In this document: positions 1-16,868 of the stretch, one piece after another
How the letters are laid out: every line of letters begins with the position of its first letter
How positions within the stretch are numbered: the first letter of the stretch is position 1
Source of the DNA: the human T2T-CHM13v2.0 reference genome, Homo sapiens
Direction: 5' to 3' (one strand)
Assembly (NCBI RefSeq): GCF_009914755.1
Contig: NC_060935.1
Length of the DNA: 64,000 nucleotides
The notes under the pieces: generated by a model
Seen by the model: the letters and a program-made list of their open reading frames with translations, nothing else
What the model was told of the DNA's origin: nothing
Databases searched by the model: none
Translations under genes and position numbers: made by a program

Positions 1-744
1 AGCCAGACGTGAAAAGATAAAATTATATTCATTTCCCACACCATACAACAAGTTAAATTCCAAGTGAATGAGAAAATTACACATATTAAATGAGTCCATA
101 CAAGGATAGAAAAAAAACCAAGTCTGAATTATTCTGTAATTTGAGAGTGGGGAAAACTTTCCTACCTCTGTCTGACTCAATATCCACAAGCCACAAGAGG
201 AAGATGGATGAATTTGCCTACATAAAAATAAGAACATAAAAAATAAACTTTTACCTACAAAAGTGCCATAAGGAAAGTAAAGGGACAAATGTCAAAATGG
301 GGGAAATATTGCAACTTTTCCCATAGACAAAGAGTTAATATTTCTAATATACAAAGATTTTTTAAAAGATAAAGATCATTATAGAAGAAGGAAAAAAAGA
401 CTATGGGTATGCACAGACTTGACTGAAAACAAAATACAAATGTCCCTCATTTATATAAAAAGATCTCAAATCTGCACATAACAAGAAAATGGCAAATTAA
501 AAATATAGTGATCTACCATTTTTCGCCAATCAATGATGAAAATTTAAAAGGTTGGCAATACACTCTTTTGACAAGGCTTTGAGCAACAGGCACTCCTGTC
601 ATTGCTGGAAGGAACAAGAAAGGTACAAGTCCTATGAAGGAGAATTTGGCAATACGTAGCAAAATAACATATGCACTGTGACCTTTTGATCCAGGAAGCC
701 CACTTCCAGGAACCTGTCCTAAAGAAACACTGATAGAAAAGATA
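1..744 (+). mobile_element. Ancient L1M (L1MC/ME-like) fragment, 3' part of ORF2; host site of the L1PA insertion
   Basis: Degenerate L1 ORF2 3' motifs (e.g. gcaaattaaaaatatagtgatctaccatttttc, tttgatccaggaagcccacttccaggaacctgtcctaaagaaa); A-rich + strand. Confidence 0.7.
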
Positions 745-851
745 GGGATCAGTTCCAAGATGGCCAAATAGGAAGAGCTGCGGTCTGCAGCGCCCAGCTT
801 GATCAACGCAGAAGACAGGTGATTTCTGCATTTCCATCTGAGGTACCTGGT

Positions 852-1184
852 TCATTTCATTGGGACTGGTTGGACAGGGGGTGCAGCCCACAGAGGGTGA
901 GCTGAAGCAGGGCAGGGCATGGCCTTACCTGGGAAGCACAAGGGGTTGGGGGATTTCCCTTTCCTAGCCAAGGGATGCCATGATAGACTGTACCTGGAAA
1001 AACGGGACACTCCCACCCAAATACTACGCTTTTCCCAAGGTCTTAGCAACCGGCAGACAAGGAGATTCTCTCCCGTGCCTGGCTCTGCAGCTCTCACACC
1101 CACGGAGCCTTCCTCACTGCTAGCACAGCAGTCTGAGATTGAACTGTGAGGCGGCAGCCTGGCTGGGGGAGGGGCGTCCACCAT
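852..1184 (-). CDS. L1 antisense ORF0, open and C-terminally extended (110 aa)
   Basis: MVDAPPPARLPPHSSISDCCAS... resembles primate L1 ORF0 (MAGAPPPASLPPCSLISDCCAS...); ATG in acaATGg Kozak context; expression unknown. Confidence 0.65.
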   Translation of the reverse strand: MVDAPPPARLPPHSSISDCCASSEEGSVGVRAAEPGTGENLLVCRLLRPWEKRSIWVGVSRFSRYSLSWHPLARKGKSPNPLCFPGKAMPCPASAHPLWAAPPVQPVPMK

Positions 1185-1779
1185 TGTTGAGGCTTTAGTA
1201 GGTAAACAAAGCAGCTGGGAAGCTCAAACTGGGCAGAGCCTGCCACAGATCAACAAGGCCTACTGCCTCTAGACTCCATCTCTGTGGGCAGGGCTTAGCT
1301 GAACAAAAGGCAGCAGACAATTCTGCAGACTTAAACGTCCCTGTCTGACAGCTCTGAAGACAGCAGTGGCTATCCCAACACAGCGTGTGAGCTCTAAGAA
1401 CAGACAGACTGCCTCCTCAAGTGGGTCCCTGACCCCATATAGCCTAACTGGGAGACACCTCCCAGTAGGGGCTGACTGACACCTCATATAGGCGGGTGCC
1501 CCTCTGGGACAAAGCTTCCAGAAGAAGGATCAGGCAGCAATATTTGCTGTTCTGCAATATTTGCTGTTCTGCAGCCTCTGCTGGTGACACCCAGGCAAAC
1601 AGGGTCTGGTGTGGACCTCCAGCAAACTCCAACAGATGTGCAGCTGAGGGACCTGACTGTTAGAAGGAAAACTAACAAACAGAAAGGAATAGCATCAACA
1701 TCAACAAAAAGGATATCTACACAAAACCCCATCTCTAGGTCACCAACATCAAAGACCAAAGGTAGAAAAAACCACAAAG

Positions 1780-2800
1780 ATGGGGAGAAAACAGAGCAGA
1801 AAAGCTGAAAATTCTAAAAATCAGAGCATCTCTTCCCCTCCAAAGGATCGCAGCTCCTCAGTAGCAATGGAACAAAGCTGGATGGAGAATGACTTTGACG
1901 AGTTGACAGAAGTAGGCTTCAGAAGGTCGGAAATAACAAACTTCTCCAAGCTAAAGGAGCATGTTCGAACCCATTGCAAGGAAGCTAAAAACCTTGAAAA
2001 AAAGGTTAGACAAATGGCTAACTAGAATAAACAGTGTAGAGAAGACCTTAAATGGCCTGATGGAGCTGAAAACCATGGCACGAGAACTTCATGATGCATG
2101 CACAAGCTTCAATAGCCGATTCAATCAAGTGGAAGAAAGGATGTCAGTGACTGAAGATCAAATTAATGAAATAAAGCAAGAAGACAAGGTTAGAGAAAAA
2201 GATTAAAAAGAAATGAATAAAGCCTCCAAGAAATATGGGACTATGTGAAAAGACCAAATCTACATTTGATTAGTGTACCTGAAAGTGATGGGAAGAATGG
2301 AACCAAGTTGGAAAACGCTCTTCAGGATATTACCCAGGAAAACTTCCCCAACCTAGCAAGGTAGGCCAACATCCAAATTCAGGAAATACAGAGAACACCA
2401 CAAAGATACTCCTTGAGAAGAGCAACCCCAAGACACATAATTGTCAGATTCACCAAGGTTGAAATGAAGGAAAAAATGTTAAGGGCAACCAGAGAGAAAG
2501 GTAGGGTTACACACAAAGGGAAGCCCATCAGACTAACAGCGGATCTCAGCAGAAACCCTACAAGCCCGAAGAGAGTGAGGGCCAATATTTAACATTCTTA
2601 AATAAAAGAATTTTCAACCCAGAATTTCATATCCAGCCAAACTAAGCTTCATAAGTGAAGGAGAAATAAAATCCTTTACAGACAAGCAAATGCTGAGAGA
2701 TTTTGTTATCACCAGGCCTGCCTCACAAGAACTCCTGAAGGAGGCACTAATGGGAAGAAACAACCAGTACCAGCCACTGCAAACACATGCCAAATTGTAA
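1780..2800 (+). pseudogene. L1 ORF1p (disrupted)
   Basis: MGRKQSRKAENSKNQS... at 1780; frameshifts and stops; ends at gccaaattgtaa. Confidence 0.9.
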
Positions 2801-2863
2801 AGACCATCGATGCTATGAAGAAACTGCATCAATTAACAGGCAAAATAACAAGCTAACATCATC

Positions 2864-6708
<3,845 letters not shown>

Positions 6709-6749
6709 ATTTATAATCCTTTGGGTATATAGAATAAATTAACCTAACT

Positions 6750-8200
6750 GTGCATTGAGTTGATTGTTTAATGATTCAGAAGTGTATTCTTTTAAATGCT
6801 TGGAAAATACAGTAACTCTATTGTAATCTCTAGTGAGATATACCTAAGAACTGCAAATAATAAAAATAGTAACTATTTTTAGTGATGATAGTATTGGTGT
6901 TGTTTCTAAATGCATACATATATAATAGAATAAAGCAAATAAGCAACTATGTTCTTGTCATTAAGAACCAAGATTCTCTGCATAAGAGGAAAAAATTCCA
7001 AATCAAATCAAAGTTAAGCAAAGTCTTGTAATCCTAAATTTGAATTAAAAATATCAGTATAAATTCATAATATATTTTATCTTTTAAAAGTATTTCTACA
7101 ACCAAGCCTGGACATCTTTTCTTTCCAGAAAGCAGGAAACCTGTCAATGACTACCAGGGTCAGGGTCATGTCAGGACTCAGGAAGCAACTCAGGAAAGAG
7201 GCTCCCACTGGCCAGACATGGGAAAATCTGAGCATCAAAAAGGATAATAACTGCAACTGCAACACATCAAATACGTTCCCATTCATGAGTTCCTAATGAT
7301 ACCATAAAACAGAAAAATCTCAATTATCACTTCTGGAGGATGGAAGGGAACCAACCCACTAATCCAAATACTGGTAAATACAGGGAAAGAATCAAACATT
7401 TAACCTGTGTTTCCTGATTAAATTATATTATAAAGTAGCAGATGGTTGGTCAGATAAAAAAAGCATTTCTATAGAACTATTCTATACAATAAATGAAGAA
7501 GGGATGACAGAATTTATGGCTCTTGGCAATGATTATCAATGGCTGTTCCACTACAAAAACAGACAACCAGTCATTATAGGCTGGTGGATGGAAGTACATG
7601 ATAATACTTGTAATGTAGACTTACAAGTAAATAAGTACAGCTGAATCAGACCGAGTCACTAGATCTAGCTACCATTATATAGGAAATATAGAGGACAAAG
7701 GAGCATGGTAAAGGGCACCATAGAGATGCAATCTTATCTAGAAAATAAAAAATGACCTGCTCTCCTCAACAAATGAATTACAAGGGGACAAAAACAGGGC
7801 TGAGGAAACTATACATTTAAGAGACTAAGAAATATCAACCAGTTACAGTGTGTGAATCTTATGTAAACCCTGATTCAAAGAAGCCAACTGAAAAAAATAT
7901 GAAATATTGTAGAAATTTGAACACTGGACATTTAATGATATTAAAACATTATTGTCCTTTTTTTATTGTGATAATGTTATTATGATTTTTTTTAACATCC
8001 TTTTCTTTTAGAAATGCACACAAATATTCACAAGTGAAATGATATGACATTGTGGAGGTATTTCAATTAATCTGGTGGGGAGTGTAGATAAAACAAAAGT
8101 AGCTGTGAGTTTATTGTTTTGGCTGGGTTATGGGCACGTGGGGGTTAATTATACTATTTTCTTAAAATTTTGTGAATTTTTAAATTTATCTTTACAATTT
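6750..8200 (+). mobile_element. Ancient L1M (L1MC-like) 3' region
   Basis: Degenerate L1MC-type 3' end motifs (aaccctgattcaaa, tttgaacactggacatttaatgatattaa, gggttatgggcacgtgggggttaattatactattttc). Confidence 0.65.
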
Positions 8201-8760
8201 CTAAAGCAAGAGATTCATAGAGTGAGTAATCATTATGCTTCGGGTATAAATAATGGTAGACCTTTGAAAGCAAATAAACGAGTGGGAAAATCCACTAAGC
8301 ACGGATCACTCATCCCAAAATGTATCTTTTTCTTTAGTCACTTTGGGCAGCCTCACTTTTGCCAGGGGCCAGATTAGCTATTAAACATATGCCCCCCTCA
8401 GAGTGTGGCACATCAACAAACTCTCCTTCTGGAGAGGATGCTACTACACCTTTCCGCTGAACACTGATAGCCCAAGCTAAAATGGCTTTTCCTAAAGCTA
8501 GTTGAGGGCATTCTGCTAACTCCCAGTCATAATGGCTGGGTTGACGGTAGTGAGCACCCTGCCGACGTGTTCAATAACATCCCTCAAACACTCAGGCAGC
8601 TCAGTCACCTTTCCTTCCTCTTACCTGCCCCCTCTGACCTGGCCTATCTAGTCCATGGAGAGCTCTCCTTCTGTAGGTTTTAACACTGACTTTTTCACTG
8701 AACATTCCCTGCCTGTACTGCCTGAATCATCTCTGTTCTCCAGGCCTGTTTTTATCAAAA

Positions 8761-8761
<1 letters not shown>

Positions 8762-8805
<44 letters not shown>
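8762..8805. repeat. (CA)n microsatellite, about 22 units
   Basis: Direct read. Confidence 0.97.
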
Positions 8806-8807
<2 letters not shown>

Positions 8808-8849
8808 ACAGAGTACCTAGTGGCATCTTGTAAGAATAGCCATCATATA

Positions 8850-9092
8850 ATACTAATAATCCACTGTGTGTCAGGCACTGCTAAGGCCTTTGCATTCAAA
8901 CCTCACAATAACCCTAAGAGGCTGTATTATTATCCCATTTTACAGATAAGGAAACGGAGGCAAATTTATAATCCTTTGGGTATATATTAATTAACTTAAC
9001 TGAAGCCACACAGCTCATCAATGGAAGAGCTGGGATTTGAATCCAGGCCCATCTGCTTGCAAAGCATGTTCATTTAACCGCTACACTGAATT
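8850..9092 (-). mobile_element. MIR containing a 24-bp foreign insert
   Basis: Core cccattttacagataaggaaacggaggc...cacacagct...gggatttgaatccagg. Confidence 0.85.
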
Positions 9093-11104
9093 GCCTTCTT
9101 TGGCAGCAAAGTGGCTATTCATTCAGTGTTTGCTGGGAGATATATGCACATAACTGAGAAATTCGGGATCCTGCCTCATGCCTTCCCTTCCATATCTTCA
9201 CTATATCCCAGTGTCTGCCATCCCCTCTGTTCCATGTAATGCAGGGGCAGAAGGATGCATTCCACTGGGCCTGTAAGAATATAAACACATCTGGAAGGAG
9301 GCTGCTGCCAAGCAAACCATATTCCCCCCCAGAGTGTGGACAGGGTGAGGTGTCTATAAATAATCATAAGAGTGTGAAGAGATTCTCTCCCCTGGGGCTC
9401 CCTTTGCAAAAGTTTGATGGTAATTGATGAGGCTACAGGGACATGCCAATCCTTCTGCTCTTAGAACCAGGTGTGGTTATTTACAGAAAGTGTCACTTTC
9501 CCAACCCTCCTCTTCTGTCTCTTCCAGAGGCTTGGAGACCAGCAAATATCAATTTACTGCTACCCTGGGGCACAAGGCAAGGAGCCACCTGTACACTCCA
9601 CTGCCAACAAACCAGACTCAAGCTTCTACTCTGGCTGAGTTACTTCTTTGGAAATTTGGAGACAGCAAGAGGTTGACAACAGATTTGCTCCTTTTCTGGT
9701 GGAGGGAGGACAAGTGGCCTCTCTGGGACCATATCACAAACTACTAAATCAAAAAAATCTGGAATTCCCGCATTGCCCAGCTCACAGTGGAGAAATAAAT
9801 AGACCACTGGATCAGAAGGCAGAACATATGGATTCTGGCCCAAAATGGACAGTCTGTTAGCCAATGTCTGGGTTCCAGTGTCAACATTTGTAAAATAGGG
9901 GCTAATCTTTCACATGACAGACACGAAATGTTTTTGAAAAGAATGAATTAAGTGATGGAGTCAAGTGATCTGTATGGCATGAGAGAACATCATTCTTATA
10001 GTCATTATTACAACTCAGCCCTATAAGTCCTATTACAATTAATCCTGTAAGAACCATTAGGAGTACCCACCATAAGCCTCAGAAAATGCCTTATAACTGT
10101 ACTGCCAGCACCCCCACAGCCTTGCTGGTCAGTGGCAACAGCAAAGTCGAAATGCAACATACACGTGTGATTTGTTGGGCATCTGAATTGTGGGTGAAGA
10201 TCATTTTGTTATAACAAGGTTTACACCAAAAAACAATCAATTTCACAAATAAATAAAACATTTTTGAGAATCAGAAGGCAGAACTACATTTCAAGGTTGC
10301 TCTACTGAGCCTGAGACTCTACCCGGAGTTACTGGATCTCAGCCTGTAATGAATGAAAAATTGTCCTGCTCCTTCCTTGCTGAGGATGACGCTGAAAGAC
10401 CACACCAAAGGATGCATGAGCTGATTCACGCAGAGCCAGAGGGAGGAGCAAATTATCCAGAAATAGCACTGCAGTCTGGTATGCCAGTTTTGCTCCAGGC
10501 TTCACATAGGCCGTTCTGTCCACAGTGCCCTCAGACAGTGGCTCTCCTCTGTGCTACCCACTCCTCTGCAGTGACCACAGCTCACCTTTCTCAGCCCTAT
10601 AAAACTGGAACCTTGACCTGTAAATGGCAGAGCCAGGACTGGAATCCAGGTCCATCTACTTCCAAAGGATCATAACACCTTCCCAGTCTATAATTGGCTC
10701 CCGCTACAAGGGCCCAGACCCTCAGGGATCCAGTTAGAGTCAACAGGACTTTGTGTGCAAAAGGAACTATATCTTATTCTCTTTAATCAATCCTTGCCTT
10801 CAGCCACCTGGCCTTTCTGTGTTTCCAGAATGCGGGCTTGTACTTGGAAAGGGAAGCCCTAAGGCTGCCCCCAGTCTAAAGAGGGCATAAGGCTAGACTG
10901 GCCTGGGTAGTTTCACTCTTTCGTCAGGTGAAGAACCTTTTTCCTTTCCTCAGAAGTTCCAACTCCAAGAAAAAAAAATCGATTGAAAACACGTTCAAAA
11001 AAAAACTTAGTTTTATTTTTTTCGTCAGGAGATGTTTTCAAAAAAATTCTGCTTGTCTGATTTTGTATTAGAAAGTAGGAGCATAAACAATGATTTTTAC
11101 AAGC

Positions 11105-11300
11105 CATAATAATCGGTAACGTTTATAAGCACTTTTTTAGTTCAGGTGCCATAATTTATGCTAAGTGATTTCCATAAATTGTCTCAAATAAATAAATAAT
11201 CTGCATAACATTCTTCATCCCTATTTTACAGATGAGAGACTGAGGCTTAGAGTAATTTACCCAAGATCGCACAGTAGGGGGTGCAGCTGAAATTCCAAAG
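11105..11300 (-). mobile_element. MIR
   Basis: ctattttacagatgagagactgaggcttagagtaatttacccaagatcgcacag. Confidence 0.75.
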
Positions 11301-11394
11301 CCCCCATACCACTCACAGCCCCACACTGGCTATATAGGCTCCAGGATTCCTTCTCCAGAACCTACTAAATAGCCTTTTAAAAATTCCCTTTCTG

Positions 11395-11799
11395 AGATAA
11401 AAAAGAAATGTGGTATACACATACAATGGAATATTATTCAGTCATTGAAAGGAATGAAGTTTTGATACATGCTATAACGCAGATAAACCTTGAAGATATT
11501 ATGCTAAGTAAGCCAGATACAAAAGAATAAATGTTGTATAATTCCACTTATATAAAATATCTAAAATAAGCAAATTCATAGAAAAAGTAGAATATAGGTT
11601 ACCAGGGGATGAGGGTATGGGGGCATGGGAAATTACTTTTTAATTGGTACAGTTTCTGTTGGAGTAATAAAACACTTCTTGAAAATAGTATTGATGGTTG
11701 TACAACATTATGAATGTAATTAATGCCAATGAATTATACATTTAAAAATGGCTAAATTGCAAATTTTACGTTATGTGTATTTTACCACAATAAACAATA
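11395..11799 (+). mobile_element. 5'-truncated L1MB-like 3' end with recognisable TSD
   Basis: aaatgtggtatacacatacaatggaatattattcagtc...ttttaccacaataaa; flanked by ttttaaaaattccctttctg and ttttaaaatcccttttctg. Confidence 0.82.
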
Positions 11800-12120
11800 T
11801 TTTAAAATCCCTTTTCTGTTTACATTAACCAAAATTTATTTCTGTTGCTTGCAACTAAGAACCTGACTGAGATGCTATCTAAGATGGATACTGTGCTCTA
11901 GGCCATGATGGTAGTGACCAGCCAAAATCACCCTGAAAAACACAAAAACCAAACAGATGAGTAAAACCTAGAATAACAGTCTGCCTACACAAAGACTAGA
12001 TTTGGAGATTCTTTCGCATGGATTATAAAGGTACCTTTGCAGGATGAGAGGTTGAGTTTTAGAAGCATCCAGGAAGAATGTTTTAACAATATGGCTTTCA
12101 ATTTTAAATAGAAAAATATA

Positions 12121-12414
12121 AGCCAGGTACAGTGGCTCATGTCTGTAATCCCAGCAATTTGGGAGGCCAAGGCTGGTGGATTGCTTGAGCTAAGGACTTT
12201 GAGACCAGCCTGGGCAACATAGCAAAATCCCATTTCTACAAAAAATTCAAAAATTAGCCAGGCTGGTGGCATACGCCTGTGGTCCCAGCCACTCAAGAGG
12301 CTGAGGTGGGAGGATCGCTTGAGCCTGGAAGGTTGAGGCTGCAGTGAGCTGCACTCCAGCCTAAGTGACACAGCGAGACCCTGTCTCAAAACATAATAAT
12401 AATAATAATAAATA
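12121..12414 (+). mobile_element. AluJ-like element
   Basis: ggattgcttgagc, gggcaacatagcaaaa, ggaggatcgcttgagcc; (AAT)n tail; small deletion in right arm. Confidence 0.9.
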
Positions 12415-12759
12415 GATATGTCATAGAAAGAAATTCTGAATGTAGCTCTTCTAGCCTGCACTACAGCAAACTTAACAATTTCATTAGGTGGCTGCACCAG
12501 GGAGCCATAGTGCAACAGAGTTCACCAAGGGCAGGGTGGTACTTAACCCAGATTTCCTGGAAAAGATGCTCATCATGGAGCCAACAACTCCCTGGGCTAG
12601 GAACCTGAACACAGCATGGAAAATAAAGAATCTCAAGTCACCCAAGAGTCCTAACCTCTGTGCCTGGCTGATGAATTCTCTGTGCTTGGTACTGGGCTGA
12701 AGAAGTAAACCAATTTTAGCTGATATTCCAGCTGTGCTCCTCCACCCCAAGCCTTTCCT

Positions 12760-14545
12760 CCAAATTGTCTCAATATTGCTAACTCATCTCCATCCCTAGG
12801 CCACTGACCAAGTCAAAGCATCATCTCTCACCTGTTCCAGGGCAAGAGCGTCCTGACTTGTCTTATCCATTTGTCAAATATGTATTGAGTACTAACCATG
12901 AAAGCACTGTTCTAGACCCTGGGAATAAAGTAGTGAACAAAAGAGACAAATCCCCTGGTCCTCAGGACACCAATGTTCCTGTAAACTCCAGCATTTAATA
13001 TCTTTTTTTTATAATCCATCCTCCATGTTAGCCAACAATAAAATCTTTCAAAAACACAGATCTGATCATCGTCCACCCATACCAGAAATCCTCTTCTGGC
13101 TCCTCATCTTCCAAGGATGAAGTTCAAGTTCCTAAGCATGGTCCACAAGACCCTCTACACCTAGCCTCGCCAACACATAGAGACTCATCTTCACCTTCTC
13201 CCCTGTCCTGCTGTCCCATTTGGGATGAGAAGAGAAAGACAAAGCAAGCATCACTTGGTGCATCTGGAACTCACAGGAAAAAGAATCAACAGGTGTATCT
13301 GGCCTCTGGTTCTCTAGGCACCCTGCAGAGAGGGATGTTTGGGCTGCAACACAGCTGTGTCTATCTATATTTGTCATCAGAGGGCTCTACACCCCTTTTT
13401 GTTCTTTATTTATATGGAACAAATGTGAAAGTGGCTTTGCCCCAGAAAGTGGGGAAATAATAAACATTTAGAACTCAGGCACCAAGGGCTCTAGGCTGAA
13501 GTGGCGGGTGTATAGGGGATTGCTGATAAATGTCAGCTGACTAGCACCTAGAGGCCCTGGGAGCTGCCACTCCTTGGAAAATTAAATTCAGGCACAGTTA
13601 ACTCTGACTGAGGAAGGATTGGAGCCTATCCAGGTCCCATGAGAATTGCAGCCTCTTTGGGGAGCAGAGAATTGTCCATCTGAGCTACTCCATTGCCAGG
13701 CAACCCAGAGAGAGCCCCTAGCGTCATTCATTTGTCAGTTCCACACTATCTCCAGCTACAGCCCCATCATAGTGCATGCCCCCATCTGAGGCCCCAGACA
13801 CATGGAACTCTTTATCCCCCAAGCATGCCAAGCACTCTGATGCCTCCACACCTTTACACATGTGGTTCCTGGCAACTGTGGCACTTTCTCCACTGTCTAC
13901 TTCCAGATGTCAAAGAGAGCATCTGTCATCATTCAAATTCTGAATCTCTGCAGAGGCCTCTGATCACCCCCTACATATACACCCTTTTATACACTGGGCA
14001 AAATTAAATTTGCTCCCTCGGGGGTCCTGCTAAACTTTGTTTGTTGCAATCTATTTCTTCATACACTATCTTTCCACTGAGCTATAAGTCCCTTAAATGT
14101 AGAGACCATGCCTTGTTCATCTGTCTTCTTATCCCGTAGCACACAGCCTGCCACAGAGTAGGCAGTCAGAGAATGTCTATGGAAGATGTTGAATTGGAGT
14201 GGAAACCTCAAGCATTTTCCTGTCATGGAGACTTAGCACATACCGTTCCCTCAGCCTAGGAATGTTCTTCCCATCATTCCAAGTGACTGGCTCCTTGTTA
14301 TTCCACAGGTGTCAGCTTTTACCTCCTCATAAACCCAACATAAAACATGTTATTTTTTCATACGGCACCCTGTTCTTTTTCTCCATCGAACTTTTCATAA
14401 TTTATAATATCATATTTATGGTCTATATCCCCTACTCGACTGTCAACTCCATGATACATGGAATTGTGTCTATTTTGTTCACACTGTATGGTCTACTCAG
14501 TGTCTTGAACAGCACCTAGCACATATTGCACGCTCAATAAGTATG
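12760..14545. mobile_element. Cluster of L2 fragments (mostly +; one - piece at about 12865-12970)
   Basis: L2 3' ends such as gcacacagcctgccacagagtaggcagtcag and gcacctagcacatattgcacgctcaataagtat. Confidence 0.6.
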
Positions 14546-14613
14546 GAAAGAAGGGAGGAAGGGAGGGAGGGAGGAAGGGAGGGAGGGAGGGAGAAAGGGA
14601 AGGAGGGAGGAAA
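14546..14613. repeat. GA-rich (GGGA/GGAA) simple repeat
   Basis: Direct read. Confidence 0.9.
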
Positions 14614-15129
14614 GAATCAGCAATTAGCCGGAGCTCCTGCTGGAGTTAGTTTTGTTTAGATGTATCAGCTGCTCCCAGTCTCCCCTAAGAACAAGCACTC
14701 AACAGCTTGTGCTCAGACCCAGGGAGAGCAGGGAGCGAGGCTGCGTGGACCTACCCGTGCTACACCTGGGTTGGAGATTCACATTTGTTTCTGTTGCCCT
14801 CCTTGAGGAATCTTAGAATAATGGTACAAACCTCCTCTGATCCTAATTTTCTCACTGGAAAATGAGCGCCATGAACTGGTTTGGAGACCTCTACCCAGCA
14901 GACCCCATCATGTGATCCCTTGCTTATGAAACGATCTTGAAAAAAGGTTAAATTACCTATAGTCAGAGGGTAAACTTTCTGCGTGTCTGCCTACCTGGAG
15001 AGCGGGATGTAGGAATGGGAAAGTAGCTTAATCTGCAACCCTTCATTAAAAAGAAGCACGCCAGACCTAGAAGAAATACAGGTTTACTTCTTTCTCCCCA
15101 TCCAGCCCAGCACCATGCCTAGCCCTGCA

Positions 15130-15312
15130 AGCAATGGCTGTCCACCTTGCTGCACACTGGAATTACCTGGACAGTTTTTAAAATTCCTGACCCTGGAGTC
15201 CCACCACCAGGCCTTTGGATTCAATTAGTCAGAGGTATTGCCTGCCATGGTCATGTTCAGGGCCTCCCCAGGGGATTCTAATGGACAGCTGGAACTGGGA
15301 GTGACTGCCCTA
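15130..15312. mobile_element. MER5A-like hAT-Charlie fossil
   Basis: gctgcacactggaattacctgg...ccccaggggattctaatggacagc. Confidence 0.65.
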
Positions 15313-16279
15313 CTCTGGGACTTGCTCATCCAGGTTTTTACTGGGAATGTGACTGCCAGCTCTGTCACCCGAGATCATTGTCACCTGACAGGGAGAAGAA
15401 GCCCACAGCTTCTCTGGCTGCCTGAGCACCAGTGCCTGAGCTACTAAGATCAGGTAACACCTGAGACATAATAAGTTCTGAGGCGCCTCCAGGAGGCTCC
15501 CCACAAGCACATGGGATTGAGTAGGCAAAGCTGATTCATCTCAGGGAGGAGCAAAGGCAGTCATTCCATTGGGAAGTGAGTGATCAAAGCAGGATGGCCG
15601 CCTAGCTGGGTCTTTGCTTCCCCTTCGTCTTAGTTTCTGTTTTTCTTCTGGCAACACTACCTTAGGCCACCTCGGTCAAAGCTTCCTCAGGGACAGCTCT
15701 CTACCCAGGTCCTCCCTGGTCCTGCAAGTTAAGAAATGAACCACAAGTCTTGTGGTTTATTCTGAATAAAATCCTCATTGTTTCAGAATAAATATTTTTG
15801 AGTAGGGAAAAGTTGTCATCAGATCCACACTTAGAAAGATAGCTCCGACAGTGGGGTTTTTATTAGTACTACAATATCTTCCAGTCCACAAACTTTTACT
15901 GCATTTCCTCTAAATACCAGTCACTGAGCTCAGGGCAGGACATTTTTTTAAATGAATAAAATGCAAGCTTTCCTCTCCAGGAGCCAGTGAGGGAAATAAG
16001 CTGGTCAACAGACCATTGTCCACAGAGGTGAAAATGTGAGGCCAAGGATGTTCCCAAGGTGTCGTGGGAGGCTGGAAGGATATATCTGGACTAAGCATCA
16101 GGGGATAGCTGGGAGCTGGCGAAATGGAGACAGGGAGGACTTGTGGGGCAGAGGGGTCAATGTGAACAGAGGCTGGTTTAACAAACAGGAGGGATGGCCT
16201 GACTGCAGAAGGAAACTGCATTGAGAGAAAAAACACAAGCTGTTGTGAAGCATAGTGTAGGGGAAAGGGCCAGCACAGC

Positions 16280-16868
<589 letters not shown>

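Noticed and set aside
1537-1572. Tandem gcaatatttgctgttct x2 in the L1 5'UTR
   Set aside because: A diverged equivalent is present in the second L1 (about 25800-25840), so it is a subfamily feature and not locus-specific
11985-12515. 176-aa ORF on the - strand
   Set aside because: Largely antisense Alu translation plus a poly-Tyr run from the (AAT)n tail
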